Program-made: the position numbers and the translations under genes
In this document: positions 1 through 9,373 of the stretch, piece by piece
Numbering within the stretch: the first letter of the stretch is position 1
How the letters are laid out: each line of letters begins with the position of its first letter
Source: Polyangiaceae bacterium
Lineage (GTDB): Bacteria; Myxococcota_A; Polyangia; Polyangiales; Polyangiaceae
Assembly: GCA_044376115.1 (NCBI GenBank)
Contig: JBILLK010000025.1
Location: 98,535-162,534, forward strand
DNA length: 64,000 bases
Direction: 5' to 3'
Notes under the pieces: generated by a model
Seen by the model: only the letters and a program-made list of their open reading frames with translations
Databases searched by the model: none
Told to the model about the DNA's origin: nothing

Positions 1-93
1 AGCGGTGCCTCCCGAGCCGTCATCGCCACAGGCGATGGCGAGCAACGCGAATCCGACGAACCCGAGCCGAACACCCTTGAGTTGAAGCTTCAT
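1..93 (-). CDS. 5' end of a lipoprotein (runs off the window)
   Basis: ATG at 93 reads MKLQLKGVRLGFVGFALLAIACGDDGSGGTA: basic N-terminus, hydrophobic core, lipobox LAIAC, then a Gly-rich linker. Confidence 0.75.
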   Translation of the reverse strand, partial: MKLQLKGVRLGFVGFALLAIACGDDGSGGTA

Positions 94-186
94 GGTCGGG
101 TAGTGCGCAACCCGCCACGGTCGATCACCGCTCGTTAGATATTTAAAATAAGTCGACTGCCTTAATGTGGTGAGGCGGTCGTGTCG

Positions 187-987
187 CTACCGCTCCGAGT
201 CGAGCGGCGATCCACCGAAGAGCAGCTCGAGTTCTGGCGCGAGGAGGCTGTTCTCACGTTGTACCCAGCCTGGCTCTAGCGTGGTCTCCAGTCCAACGCA
301 GCGGAGCGGCGGGCTGAAGCTGACGCCCTCGCGCCACGGGAGGGTGGACCTCTCAATTTGCCACGGCTCACTTCCGCCGCGCGCCCGGCCCACCGCTAAC
401 TCACAATCGAGATAGGCTATTAGCGTTGCACGAGACGGTGAAGTCTCGGCCAGGAGCGCGCTGAACGAGGCCGCACGCGGCAACTCCACGGCGCGGTTGC
501 GTGCGTAGAAGAAGCGGTCTCCAACCAGGATGAACAGCTGCTCCAGCCTGCCGTCCTTCCGTTGGTCGAGCACGAGCTGACGCCCGTCGCTCCCGGCGAC
601 CCGCCACCAACATTCGCTGTAACTACCGTCGAGCGCGAACTCCATCATCTGTGCGCCCTGGCAAGCGACGCGCCCTTCATCGAGCTCGGGCTCGAGGCAC
701 GGCTGGTAATCGAGCTCGTGATGCCACTCTACGCAGTCACCCCGTAGGGTGGTGAAGCCTGCGAAGCCGCGTTGCTCGGTGAGCTGACGCAGCTCCGTGT
801 CGCTCAGTTCGTTGAAGTTGCGCGCACGGATGAGCTCGCGCGGTTGCGGCAAACGAAGGTCGCCAAAGGCGCTTTGCGCCTGCAGATAGTCCACCGAGTG
901 CGGCTGACGACGCACGCCCGCGCGCTCGATCCATTCGCGCCGCCAGTCGCCGAGCAGCCATTCGGGTAGGGGCGGTCGAGCCGTCAT
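187..987 (-). CDS. hypothetical protein (Trp-rich, probably beta-barrel-like)
   Basis: 266-aa ORF with natural composition; ATGA overlap with the upstream ORF. Confidence 0.65.
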   Translation of the reverse strand: MTARPPLPEWLLGDWRREWIERAGVRRQPHSVDYLQAQSAFGDLRLPQPRELIRARNFNELSDTELRQLTEQRGFAGFTTLRGDCVEWHHELDYQPCLEPELDEGRVACQGAQMMEFALDGSYSECWWRVAGSDGRQLVLDQRKDGRLEQLFILVGDRFFYARNRAVELPRAASFSALLAETSPSRATLIAYLDCELAVGRARGGSEPWQIERSTLPWREGVSFSPPLRCVGLETTLEPGWVQRENSLLAPELELLFGGSPLDSER

Positions 988-3170
988 GAGGCCTCGGTGA
1001 GGCTACGCAGCGTGTAGCGTTCGAGCACCTGCGCTGGGCTGACGATGGCGCAGAAGTCGCGCATCGTACGGTGGTTCCATTGGTAGAGAGCGCTCACGAA
1101 CTGCTCGCGGCCGACCAACACAGCGCGCCAATAGCGATGGTTGCGCATGGCACTGGTATTGACCGCCACAGCGTGAATGCTCTCGGCAGCAATCCGCATC
1201 GCATCGATCGAAAAGAAGGCGCGCCCAGGTGGATACGCGCGAAGCGCGACGTCCAGCTCCTGGTGAATGTGGCTGAAGAGCTGCTGGGCCTCCCAATGTT
1301 GGTGTTTGGACGCAGCTGCGCTTTGATCACGCGCCGCCTCGGCCGGGCTGTCGGTGAAGACGTTGATCCGGTCGAACAGCGTGACAGCAGCGTCGGCTTG
1401 TTGGGACCGAGAGGCATTCTGTTGGGCGTAGGCGATCAGGGCCCCGTAGCGTTCAACCTGCTCGGCGAAGCGAGTGCCCGACTGGGAGCGAAAGTTGAAC
1501 GCCAAGCAGCGAACGAGGCGGTCGTAGTGCAGCAAGTTGGAGGTGCCCGGAAAGGGCGAACCAGCGTCTCCGGTTCGCAGGGCATTGGCGACCCGTTCGG
1601 CGAGCTGGAGCGCGCTGCCCGAAAGCCCTGTGCTGCGGCCAACCGTGTTGGTGAGGATCGATAGCGCGCTGAGTAGCGTCCCGAGGTAATCCACCGTGGC
1701 TTTCGGCTTGCTGAAGCCAAAGTGCGGGTCGTAGTCGACCAGCCGCGCACGCACCACGCCCGCTGCGTCGTGCAGCGCGCACACGAGGCGGTGCAGCTCG
1801 AGCGGCAGATAGTGCCGTGCATACTGATGGACGTGACCAGGCGCAGCGGCCGTGAGCGTGAGCAGTACCTCGGCGTGCCAATTGCGACGCTCGCGTAGAC
1901 CGGCTTCTACCTGCTGCTCGGGGCTCTGCTGAAAGACGTTGAGGATGTCCACCACCTTCACGCGGGCCTTTGCTTTGGGCTCCGCGAGCTTGAGCCGGCC
2001 GAGCACCGAGGCGTGCATCAGCGATTGGTCCAAACTGCGGAAGACAGCGGCCTTGTCGAGATCGGCGAAGAGCTCCCCTTCGCTCGACAGCGTCGGAACG
2101 TCCTGCTCGGCTTGCGCTTCGCGGAAGGGGCTCTTGGCTCGCTCGTTGGCTCGGCTCGCCTGCTCGGGCGCGTTGATGAGGCCGAGCAACCCCGGGAACA
2201 CCTCGTTGGTGATGCGCACGAGGCGAGCCAAGGCGTGGCCGAGTAAAATGCGCGTCGAGAGAGACGGTAAGCTAACCAGTTGGCCGGTCGCTGGATTGAG
2301 CACGAACTCACGCACGGTGGTGGGCAGATTCAGCTCTGGCAGCAGCGGCCTTAGCGCAGTCCGAATGCGGAAGGGCGGGAAGGCGTCGACCGCGGTGTCC
2401 ACCGACTCATACAGCGATTCGATCGCGGCCATGGCCTCGTGTTGTTCGCGCGCCACCGCAACCTGCAGCGGCATCAGCGGCTCGTCGCCAGCTAACAGGC
2501 CCTGCTTCTTGCGCTCAGCCCGCAGCTCTTGTGCGCGGGCGCGCCATTCAGCGTCCTCCTTGTGACCGATCGCCAGCAGCTGGTCGTACTTGGGGAGAAG
2601 CGCAGTAGCGGCGATGCGCGCGATCGTTTGGAAGCTCGCTGGGGCGTAGCCGAGCTGAGGGTGCTCTTCCACCGCGGGAGCCCCTGTGGCCAGCGCTTGC
2701 AACTGCGCCCGGTCGCTGAGCAGCCGCACCAGCTGCTCTTCATCCGTATCGGGCGCCCAGATAGCGGCAATACGGTCGAACAGCTCCTGCGCAGCCGCGC
2801 GGAAATCGCGCGGAACTTTACCGCCGACCCCGATCGGCTCGCGCAGAAAGCGACTGCGCAGATGCGCCACGCTCAGGGCCATAGCGAGGGGCGCGTGCTC
2901 CGCGGCTGCGGCTTGCAGCTGCTGATAGCTGCGTTGGGTAAGCTGCTCGAGCTCGGCGGCTAGCTGGATGGCGCGCTGGCTACTCTCGGCGGGCCCGATG
3001 GGGGAGAAGGCGCCGCCGCCATTCCAGTCGTGCGGTGCGCCAAGCGCCCTCAATTCACGCTCGAGACCGCTCCTCCTGGCCAGCGTTTCCTGGAGCCCGT
3101 GGCGGTCCAAAATCTCGAGTGCGGTGGCCTTTAGCTTCGTGATCGCGCTCACCGCTGGATGGCACCACAC
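984..3170 (-). CDS. large helical hypothetical protein
   Basis: 728-aa ORF with internally repeated motif D(I/R)xNVFxxSP; start uncertain. Confidence 0.7.
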   Translation of the reverse strand: MWCHPAVSAITKLKATALEILDRHGLQETLARRSGLERELRALGAPHDWNGGGAFSPIGPAESSQRAIQLAAELEQLTQRSYQQLQAAAAEHAPLAMALSVAHLRSRFLREPIGVGGKVPRDFRAAAQELFDRIAAIWAPDTDEEQLVRLLSDRAQLQALATGAPAVEEHPQLGYAPASFQTIARIAATALLPKYDQLLAIGHKEDAEWRARAQELRAERKKQGLLAGDEPLMPLQVAVAREQHEAMAAIESLYESVDTAVDAFPPFRIRTALRPLLPELNLPTTVREFVLNPATGQLVSLPSLSTRILLGHALARLVRITNEVFPGLLGLINAPEQASRANERAKSPFREAQAEQDVPTLSSEGELFADLDKAAVFRSLDQSLMHASVLGRLKLAEPKAKARVKVVDILNVFQQSPEQQVEAGLRERRNWHAEVLLTLTAAAPGHVHQYARHYLPLELHRLVCALHDAAGVVRARLVDYDPHFGFSKPKATVDYLGTLLSALSILTNTVGRSTGLSGSALQLAERVANALRTGDAGSPFPGTSNLLHYDRLVRCLAFNFRSQSGTRFAEQVERYGALIAYAQQNASRSQQADAAVTLFDRINVFTDSPAEAARDQSAAASKHQHWEAQQLFSHIHQELDVALRAYPPGRAFFSIDAMRIAAESIHAVAVNTSAMRNHRYWRAVLVGREQFVSALYQWNHRTMRDFCAIVSPAQVLERYTLRSLTEAS

Positions 3171-3231
3171 TTGGGCAGGCGCGGGCGCGAAAATCAGAAG
3201 TCCGCCGCCGTGGTTGAGCTAAAGCCAAGCG

Positions 3232-4002
3232 ATGGACTTGGGCCTTTCGGGTAAGACGGTGGTGGTGTCGGGGGCGAGCCGGGGCATCGGCCGCGCGATC
3301 GCGGAGAGCTTCGCCAAAGAGGGTGCGCGGGTCGCCTTGGTTGCGCGCGGTGAGCAGGAGCTCGCGACGCTTTGCGCATCGCTGCGGGAGCAGGGCGCCG
3401 AGGCGCACGCGGTGGTCGCTGACGTCCAGACCGAAGCCGGCGCTGCGGCCGCTATCGAAAAGGCCGCCGCGCTACTCGGCCCGATCGAGATCTTGGTGAA
3501 CAACGTCGGCGGGAGCCTCGGCAGCGGTAAGTTTGCCGACGTGAGCCTCGCGGACTTTCGCCGTGTGGTCGATCTCAACATGTGGTCGGCGGTGTACATG
3601 AGCCACGCTGCGCTCGGCGGGATGAAGCAGCTAGCCGCGGGAGTGGTCTTGCACGTGAGCTCGATCTCGGCGCGCGAGTATTGCTCGAGCGCGCCGTACG
3701 CTGCGGCGAAGGCTGCGCTCAGCGGGCTTACCAAAGAGATGGCGGTGGACCTCGCGGCGCTCAACATCCGCGTCAACGCCATCGCTCCCGGATCGATCTT
3801 GTTCGAGGGCGGCTCGTGGGATCGTCGCAGCAAGTCGGACCCGGCGCGCATCGAGAAGATGAAGCGTGAGGAGTTGCCATTCGGTCGCTTCGGTACGCCG
3901 CAAGAAGTGGCCGAGGTGGCGGTGTTCCTTTGTTCGGCGCGCGCGAGCTGGGTGAGTGGTTCCACGGTAGTGGTGGACGGCGCGCAAGGTCGGGCGCTCT
4001 GA
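3232..4002 (+). CDS. SDR family NAD(P)-dependent oxidoreductase
   Basis: SGASRGIG, NNVG, YAAAK (YxxxK) and NAIAPG motifs. Confidence 0.95.
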   Translation: MDLGLSGKTVVVSGASRGIGRAIAESFAKEGARVALVARGEQELATLCASLREQGAEAHAVVADVQTEAGAAAAIEKAAALLGPIEILVNNVGGSLGSGKFADVSLADFRRVVDLNMWSAVYMSHAALGGMKQLAAGVVLHVSSISAREYCSSAPYAAAKAALSGLTKEMAVDLAALNIRVNAIAPGSILFEGGSWDRRSKSDPARIEKMKREELPFGRFGTPQEVAEVAVFLCSARASWVSGSTVVVDGAQGRAL

Positions 4003-4709
4003 TGGGCGCGCGCTTCGAAGTGGAGCTCGCGTCGAGCCGGCAGCTTTCGCCGTCGGTGAAGTCGCTGGTGTTTCGGCGTTGTGACGCTGAGCCGATGCAA
4101 TTCGCTCCCGGCCAGTTCGTGAATCTGCTGACCAGTACTGGCGACAAGCGCTCCTATTCGATCGCCTCCGCGCCAGACGCTGGGAGCTCGTTCGAATTGG
4201 CGGTCACACGCGTGGAAGGCGGCCTTTTCTCGAATGAGCTGCATCAGCTCGAGCCGGGCGGTCGGCTCACCGCGGTGGGGCCCGAAGGGCTGTTTACGCG
4301 CAAGGCGGAGGACGAGCGTCCGTCCCTGTTCGTTGGCACCGGCACCGGAGTAGCGCCGCTGCGCAGCATGATTGCGGCGGCGCTCGCAAGCGGCTCGCAG
4401 GCGCCGATGCGTCTGCTTTTCGGCGTGCGTACCGAAGCCGACGTGTTTTTTGAAAGCGACTATCGAAGCTGGGCGCAGCAGGCGAACGTCAAGGTGCAGG
4501 TCACGCTCTCGCGCGCGAGCAACGACTGGAGCGGAAGGCGCGGGTATGTGCAGCATCACCTCGAGGAGGTGCTGAGCGAGCTGGGCCAGCCCGAGTTGGT
4601 GCAGGTCTACATCTGCGGCCTGAGCAAGATGGTTGCTGAGGTGAAGGATCTCGCGCGCGGAAAACTGGCGCTCCCGCGCAGGCACGTCCACGTCGAGCGC
4701 TTCGATTGA
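4002..4709 (+). CDS. FAD/NAD-binding oxidoreductase (ferredoxin-NADP reductase-like)
   Basis: PGQF, RSYSIAS, GTGTGVAP, YICG and terminal ERF motifs; TGATG coupling to the SDR gene. Confidence 0.92.
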   Translation: MGARFEVELASSRQLSPSVKSLVFRRCDAEPMQFAPGQFVNLLTSTGDKRSYSIASAPDAGSSFELAVTRVEGGLFSNELHQLEPGGRLTAVGPEGLFTRKAEDERPSLFVGTGTGVAPLRSMIAAALASGSQAPMRLLFGVRTEADVFFESDYRSWAQQANVKVQVTLSRASNDWSGRRGYVQHHLEEVLSELGQPELVQVYICGLSKMVAEVKDLARGKLALPRRHVHVERFD

Positions 4710-4719
4710 GGAGGCCCTG

Positions 4720-5580
4720 TTGAGCAAGCTTGGTGTTGCAACTCTTTGCGCGCTCGTCGCGTGTGGCCCTACGAACGCAAGAACGGTCGAGCGCAGTGAA
4801 CCCACGCCGGAAAGGGCGCTCGGCTCGTCGTCAGAGCCGCTTCAGCGTCAGTGCAAAGACGGCAGCGACTGGGACGAGAATCGCCCGCGCGACGAGGTTG
4901 CACCACCTTCGCCGAGCAGCTGCCCGGCTGGGATGGCCAGGCTGCCCGCGGGTCGTTTTACGCTCGGTCAGCGACCCGATGCGGGCGAGGTGGACGTCGC
5001 GGCCTTCTGCCTCGACCTGGACGAGGTGACGGTGGCTGCCTACACCCGCTGCGTCGACGATCGAAAATGCAGCGATAAAGGCGCGCGTACTCGATTTTGG
5101 AACGGGCAGGATCAAGGCCCGGCCGCCTGCAACTACGGCGAGAGCGAACGAACGCAACATCCGATGAACTGCGTCGATTGGACGATGGCCGACACCTTCT
5201 GCAGAGCGCAGGGCAAGCGCTTACCGAGCGAGATCGAATGGGAATGGGCGGCGAGGGGAGGCGATGAAGCGCGCAGGTACCCTTGGGGGGAGCGGGAACC
5301 GGGCGAGCGCGGCTGTTGGTTGGGCCAGTCGGAGGCGCCACGGCGAAGTACCTGCGAGGTCGGCCGCTTCGCCGCTGGCAACGCGCGCTTCGGCCACCGC
5401 GATCTGGCGGGCAACGTCTGGGAGTGGACCAGCACGCGGCTCGACGCACCCTGCTCCGAGCGCATCATTCGCGGGGGCAAAGAGCATCGTGGCGCTAGCT
5501 CCGGGTTGACCGCAGCCGCGCGCGGTTATGACGTGCCGTCCTTCCGCAGCGGCGCGCTCGGCTTTCGTTGCGCACAGTAG
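4720..5580 (+). CDS. formylglycine-generating-enzyme (FGE-sulfatase/SUMF1) domain lipoprotein
   Basis: EVT..Y, P.NCVDW..A..FC, RLPSEIEWEWAARG, DLAGNVWEW, GFRC; N-terminal LVAC lipobox. Confidence 0.93.
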   Translation: MSKLGVATLCALVACGPTNARTVERSEPTPERALGSSSEPLQRQCKDGSDWDENRPRDEVAPPSPSSCPAGMARLPAGRFTLGQRPDAGEVDVAAFCLDLDEVTVAAYTRCVDDRKCSDKGARTRFWNGQDQGPAACNYGESERTQHPMNCVDWTMADTFCRAQGKRLPSEIEWEWAARGGDEARRYPWGEREPGERGCWLGQSEAPRRSTCEVGRFAAGNARFGHRDLAGNVWEWTSTRLDAPCSERIIRGGKEHRGASSGLTAAARGYDVPSFRSGALGFRCAQ

Positions 5581-5586
5581 CGGCGC

Positions 5587-6975
5587 TCAGGGGTACGGCG
5601 AGGTTCGCAAAGGAGCGGCCTTCCTTCGAAGCCCGAGCACCAGGAGCACGCAGCTCCCCGCGAGGCAGAGCAACGTCCCCGCGAGCTCGGCCAGCTCGAG
5701 TTTACGCTCCTCGCTCGCCTCGGCGTCGTGCTTCGCAGCGGCTCCCTTATCGCTGGCGATCTTCGTCTTGAGTTCGGCCTGGTACTCGGCGGAGGCTCCA
5801 ACCGCTGCACCGAGCTTTCGCTCGTTGTCCTGCTGTTGCTTGCGGGCCTCGTGCGCAGACTCTTGACGGTACTCGACGTGTCCGTGCTGGTAGTAGGCAA
5901 GCACGCCGAGCCCAAGCGCACCGAGCAGCAGCAGGGCCGCGCCGACGAGCTTCAAGTTGGGCCGCGCCAGGTCGCGCGTCAGCTGTCCGAGCGCGCCGCG
6001 GCGCATCACGACAAGGTCTTGAGCAGGCAGCAGCGCCTCGCGCTCGGCGCGCAGTAGCGAACGGCTTGGAGCGACGAGCACAAGGGCCTGCGAGACGAGC
6101 GCGACCAGCTCCGAGCTGTGGTTCGTCGCCGCTTCTCGCGGCTCGGTCATGGTCACGAGCGAGAGCGCACCGGGTTGGTTGTGCAGCGTTGTCAGCACGC
6201 AGCCAGGCGCCAAGCGAAGCGAAGTAGAGAGCGTTGTGCCCAGCTCCGGTAGGGACGGATTCTCCGATGGCTGGTAGCTCAGTTCGACCCTATCCTCGAA
6301 GGCATACGCCGTGTGCAGCGTGCGGTCGTTGCCGTTGCGGTCGCGGGAGACGCGCTGAAGCGAGTAGCTGCAGCGCGTGATACGAATCGAGACGCCGTTC
6401 GAGAGTGTCCCCTCGAGCGTGAGCCAGCCATCCGCGTAACAACGATTGAACGACTCGCGCCACGACGGGAGGCCAAAGGGCGGGCTGAGCGATTGTTGGT
6501 TCTGCGGACGCGAGCCGGCCAGCTCGAGCGCGAGGCTCACAGGGCTGCCCGGGGCAAACTCGAGCCGCCGCACGAGTGAACTCGCTACGTCGAGCTTGTC
6601 GAGCTGGGCCTTCGTGACGATACGGAGCTTGGTCAGCACGGCGACCGCGATGCACAGGCCAATCCCGATGGGCACCAGCAGAGCGGCGGGCTCGTTCGGG
6701 TAGGCAACCAAGAGCGAGTAACCGACGCACAACGAGAGGGCGAAGCTGAACATCGCAGCCAAGATGATCCACGCGCGAAGCGGACCTGCGTGCGATCCCA
6801 GCGCCCGGAGTGTCCCGATGTCCGCTTCGAGTTCTTGCGCGCTCTCGACCCGGCGATAGCCCTCTATCCCGCGCAGCCGGTCTTCGCGAGTCCGTTCGGC
6901 CACGACTGCGGACGTCGCCGCGTTGCCACGATACGCCCTGTCTTGCTGCGGTGCGTTTTCCGGAGTGCGATGCAA
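5587..6975 (-). CDS. hypothetical membrane protein
   Basis: 462-aa ORF with four hydrophobic segments and a coiled-coil stretch; start uncertain. Confidence 0.65.
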   Translation of the reverse strand: MHRTPENAPQQDRAYRGNAATSAVVAERTREDRLRGIEGYRRVESAQELEADIGTLRALGSHAGPLRAWIILAAMFSFALSLCVGYSLLVAYPNEPAALLVPIGIGLCIAVAVLTKLRIVTKAQLDKLDVASSLVRRLEFAPGSPVSLALELAGSRPQNQQSLSPPFGLPSWRESFNRCYADGWLTLEGTLSNGVSIRITRCSYSLQRVSRDRNGNDRTLHTAYAFEDRVELSYQPSENPSLPELGTTLSTSLRLAPGCVLTTLHNQPGALSLVTMTEPREAATNHSSELVALVSQALVLVAPSRSLLRAEREALLPAQDLVVMRRGALGQLTRDLARPNLKLVGAALLLLGALGLGVLAYYQHGHVEYRQESAHEARKQQQDNERKLGAAVGASAEYQAELKTKIASDKGAAAKHDAEASEERKLELAELAGTLLCLAGSCVLLVLGLRRKAAPLRTSPYP

Positions 6976-7064
6976 TGCCGATTTTCCCCCGAAACCAAGC
7001 CCCGGCCCCGTGGGCGCAGCGACTCGCTGCGCGACGATACCAGCAAACCCGTGCGCAGCGTCCG

Positions 7065-7185
7065 AGCGAACAAAGCCTCGGGGGCTGCGGTAGCTCCCAA
7101 GGTTTAGTTCGCTGTAGCGGCCGCACGCGTGGCCCGAGCGAACAAAGCCTCGGGGGCTGCGGTAGCTCTATCGGTTTGGTTCGCT
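7065..7185. repeat. two REP-like 49-bp hairpins upstream of the RAYT-like gene (72-bp period; degenerate third copy ~7305-7352)
   Basis: AGCGAACAAAGCCTCGGGGGCT-GCGGT-AGCTCCCAAGGTTTAGTTCGCT at 7065 and a near-identical copy at 7137. Confidence 0.85.
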
Positions 7186-7388
7186 GTACCGGCCGAACCA
7201 ATCACTACACGAGGCGCAAAAGTTCTGTGAGCGACGCAACTGGTCGCTCCATTGCGCGATATCGGCGTATGAACCAGAGCGATCACGGGGAAGGCCTCCC
7301 ATCCAGCGAACAAAGCCAGGACGGCTGCCGCAGCTCCGCCCACTTGCTTCGCACCGCGCGTCCACGTCGACTGCGTGCTTGCTCGAGC

Positions 7389-8141
7389 GTGGTGCAAGCC
7401 TTGGGTTGGCACGTCACCATGCGGCTTGCTGATAGCCGGGTGATCGCGAAAGAGCCCTGGGAGCGGAGGGTGGCCGCGTTCAGTTTGCTCGAGCTGGCGG
7501 CCGCCTTCGGGCTGATTGCATTCCACCTCGTTGACACGCACCTCCACGCCTTGATCGTTGGCTCACGCGAACGCGCCGGGGTGTTCGCACGCCGCATCGA
7601 AGGGACTTTGCATGCGCGGCTGCGACTGGGCTGCCCATTTGAGGCCGCGCGCTTCTCCCCCGTGGGCGATCAGGCGCGGCTGGCCAGCACCTTTGCGTAC
7701 GTCCTTGACCAGGCCGAGCGCCATCAACTCGTGAACGACCCTCTCCGCGAAGGCAGCTCTCTTCCCGATCTCGTCGGGTTGCGCGTGGTGCATGCGGATG
7801 GCATCGCACACTGCGCCCGCCGCCACCTCCCGCGGCTCCGTCCTGAAGAATTGGCGGCGCGCTATCTTCCAGCGCCCTGCACAACGAAGCTGGATTGCGC
7901 GCAGCTCGCTGAGGCCGCTGCAGCGGTGTTGGCTCTCCCGCACCTGCGCACTCGCGCGCCGCGCGCCGTCCTCGCGAAACATGCGGCCGTGGTGGTCGGT
8001 CTCGCTGAAGGCTTCAGCGTGCGCGAGATCGCAGGCGCGTTAGGCCTGTCGACCCGTCGAATCGAAAGATTACGTCGCACACCGCCCCCCGCCGCCGCCG
8101 TCGTACAAGCCACCCGCTGGCAGTTGCGGCTTCGCTCGTGA
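7389..8141 (+). mobile_element. REP-associated tyrosine transposase (RAYT)-like HUH/Y1 nuclease with C-terminal HTH
   Basis: WHVT, AFHLVDTHLHAL (HUH), FEAARFS, AYVLDQ (catalytic Tyr position), EGSS, then GFSVREIAGALGLSTRRI HTH; the longer ORF from 6810 merely reads through repeats. Confidence 0.8.
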
Positions 8142-8217
8142 CGCTCAGGTTAGTCTGCGGTCTGCGCCCTCGGCGTGCCTCTCTCTCGGGCGGTCCCGGG
8201 GGCGGCGCGGAGGGCGA

Positions 8218-8660
8218 AATAGCGAAGTAAACGCTGGGGGCTGCGGTAGCTCCAGGTGGTTGGTTCGCTGCCGGGGCGCCGGCGCGTTCGTGTCCGGCTG
8301 CAATAGCGAAGTAGAGGCTGGGAGCTGCGGTAGCTGGCGGTGGTTGGTTCGCTGCCGGGGCGCCGGCGCGTTCGTGTCCGGCTGCAATAGCGAAGTAAAG
8401 GCTGGGAGCTGCGGTAGCTGGCGGTGGTTGGTTCGCTGCCGGGGCGCCGGCGCGTTCGTGTCCGGCTGCAATAGCGAAGTAAAGGCTGGGAGCTGCGGTA
8501 GCTGGCGGTGGTTGGTTCGCTGCCGGCGGCGCCGGCGCGTTCGTGTCCGGCTGCAATAGCGAAGTAAAGGCTGGGAGCTGCGGTAGCCCCACGGGGTTAC
8601 GTCGCATCCGGCGACCCAACGCTGAGGAGCTGCGGTAGCTCCAGGTGGTTACTTCGCTAC
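8218..8660. repeat. 84-bp-period tandem array of the same hairpin, plus one extra hairpin copy at 8611
   Basis: Units start at 8218, 8302, 8386, 8470 and 8555 (AATAGCGAAGTAAAGGCTGGGAGCTGCGGTAGCT...GGTTGGTTCGCT plus a constant linker). Confidence 0.95.
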
Positions 8661-8765
8661 GATGATGAAAAATAGCGCTATCACGGAACGAGCGCAGCGC
8701 GCGGCTCCTAAATCGTCGGCGATTCGCCATGTCAACCCACGACCGCCTGGTCCAACCCGGCCGTC

Positions 8766-9324
8766 GGAGCGACGTAAGTGCGTGGGGTTAGCGCAGGTCC
8801 CCGTGGTTGGTTCGCTCGATGCGACGTAACCGCCCGGAGCTAGCGCAGGTCCCCGGCGTTGCGTCGCATCGTCCGACGTAAGTGCCCGGAGCTGGCGCAG
8901 GTCCCCGGCGTTGCGTCGCATCGTCCGACGTAAGTGCCCGGAGCTGGCGCAGGTCCCCGGCGTTGCGTCGCATCGTCCGACGTAAGTGCCCGGAGCTAGC
9001 GCAGGTCCCCGGCGTTGCGTCGCATCGTCCGACGTAACCGCCCGGAGCTAGCGCAGGTCCCCGGCGTTGCGTCGCATCGTCCGACGTAACCGCCAGGGGC
9101 TGGCGCAGCTCCCCCGCGTTGGTTCGCATCGTCCGACGTAAGTGCCCGGAGCTAGCGCAGGTCCCCAGCGTTGCGTCGCATCGTCCGACGTAAGTGCCCG
9201 GAGCTAGCGCAGGTCCCCGGCGTTGCGTCGCATCGTCCGACGTAACCGCCAGGGGCTGGCGCAGCTCCCCCGCGTTGGTTCGCGCGCCCGCCTCGCCGCC
9301 CCAGCTCCCCAGCGTTGGTTCGCC
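8766..9324. repeat. 52-bp-period tandem array (10 units plus a partial) of the same hairpin in inverted orientation
   Basis: Units start every 52 bp from 8770 to 9238 (CGACGTAAGTGCCCGGAGCTAGCGCAGGTCCCCGGCGTTGCGTCGCATCGTC); the reverse complement aligns with the 8611 hairpin. Confidence 0.95.
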
Positions 9325-9373
9325 GCCCCTGGCCCGCCCCTCCGCTTCGCCGCCCCACGCGCGGCCCTCATTC

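Noticed and set aside
6810..7388. N-terminal 190 aa of the 443-aa ORF
   Set aside because: Overlaps the opposite-strand gene and the hairpin repeats; transposase motifs begin at about 7389
8218..9324. CRISPR array
   Set aside because: Units are head-to-tail or joined by identical linkers, with no unique spacers and no cas genes in the window
8014..9358. ORFs inside the repeat arrays (8014-8730, 8145-8471, 8788-9129 and others)
   Set aside because: They are translations of the repeats; the 52-bp period and a 1-bp indel in the 84-bp array are not frame-preserving
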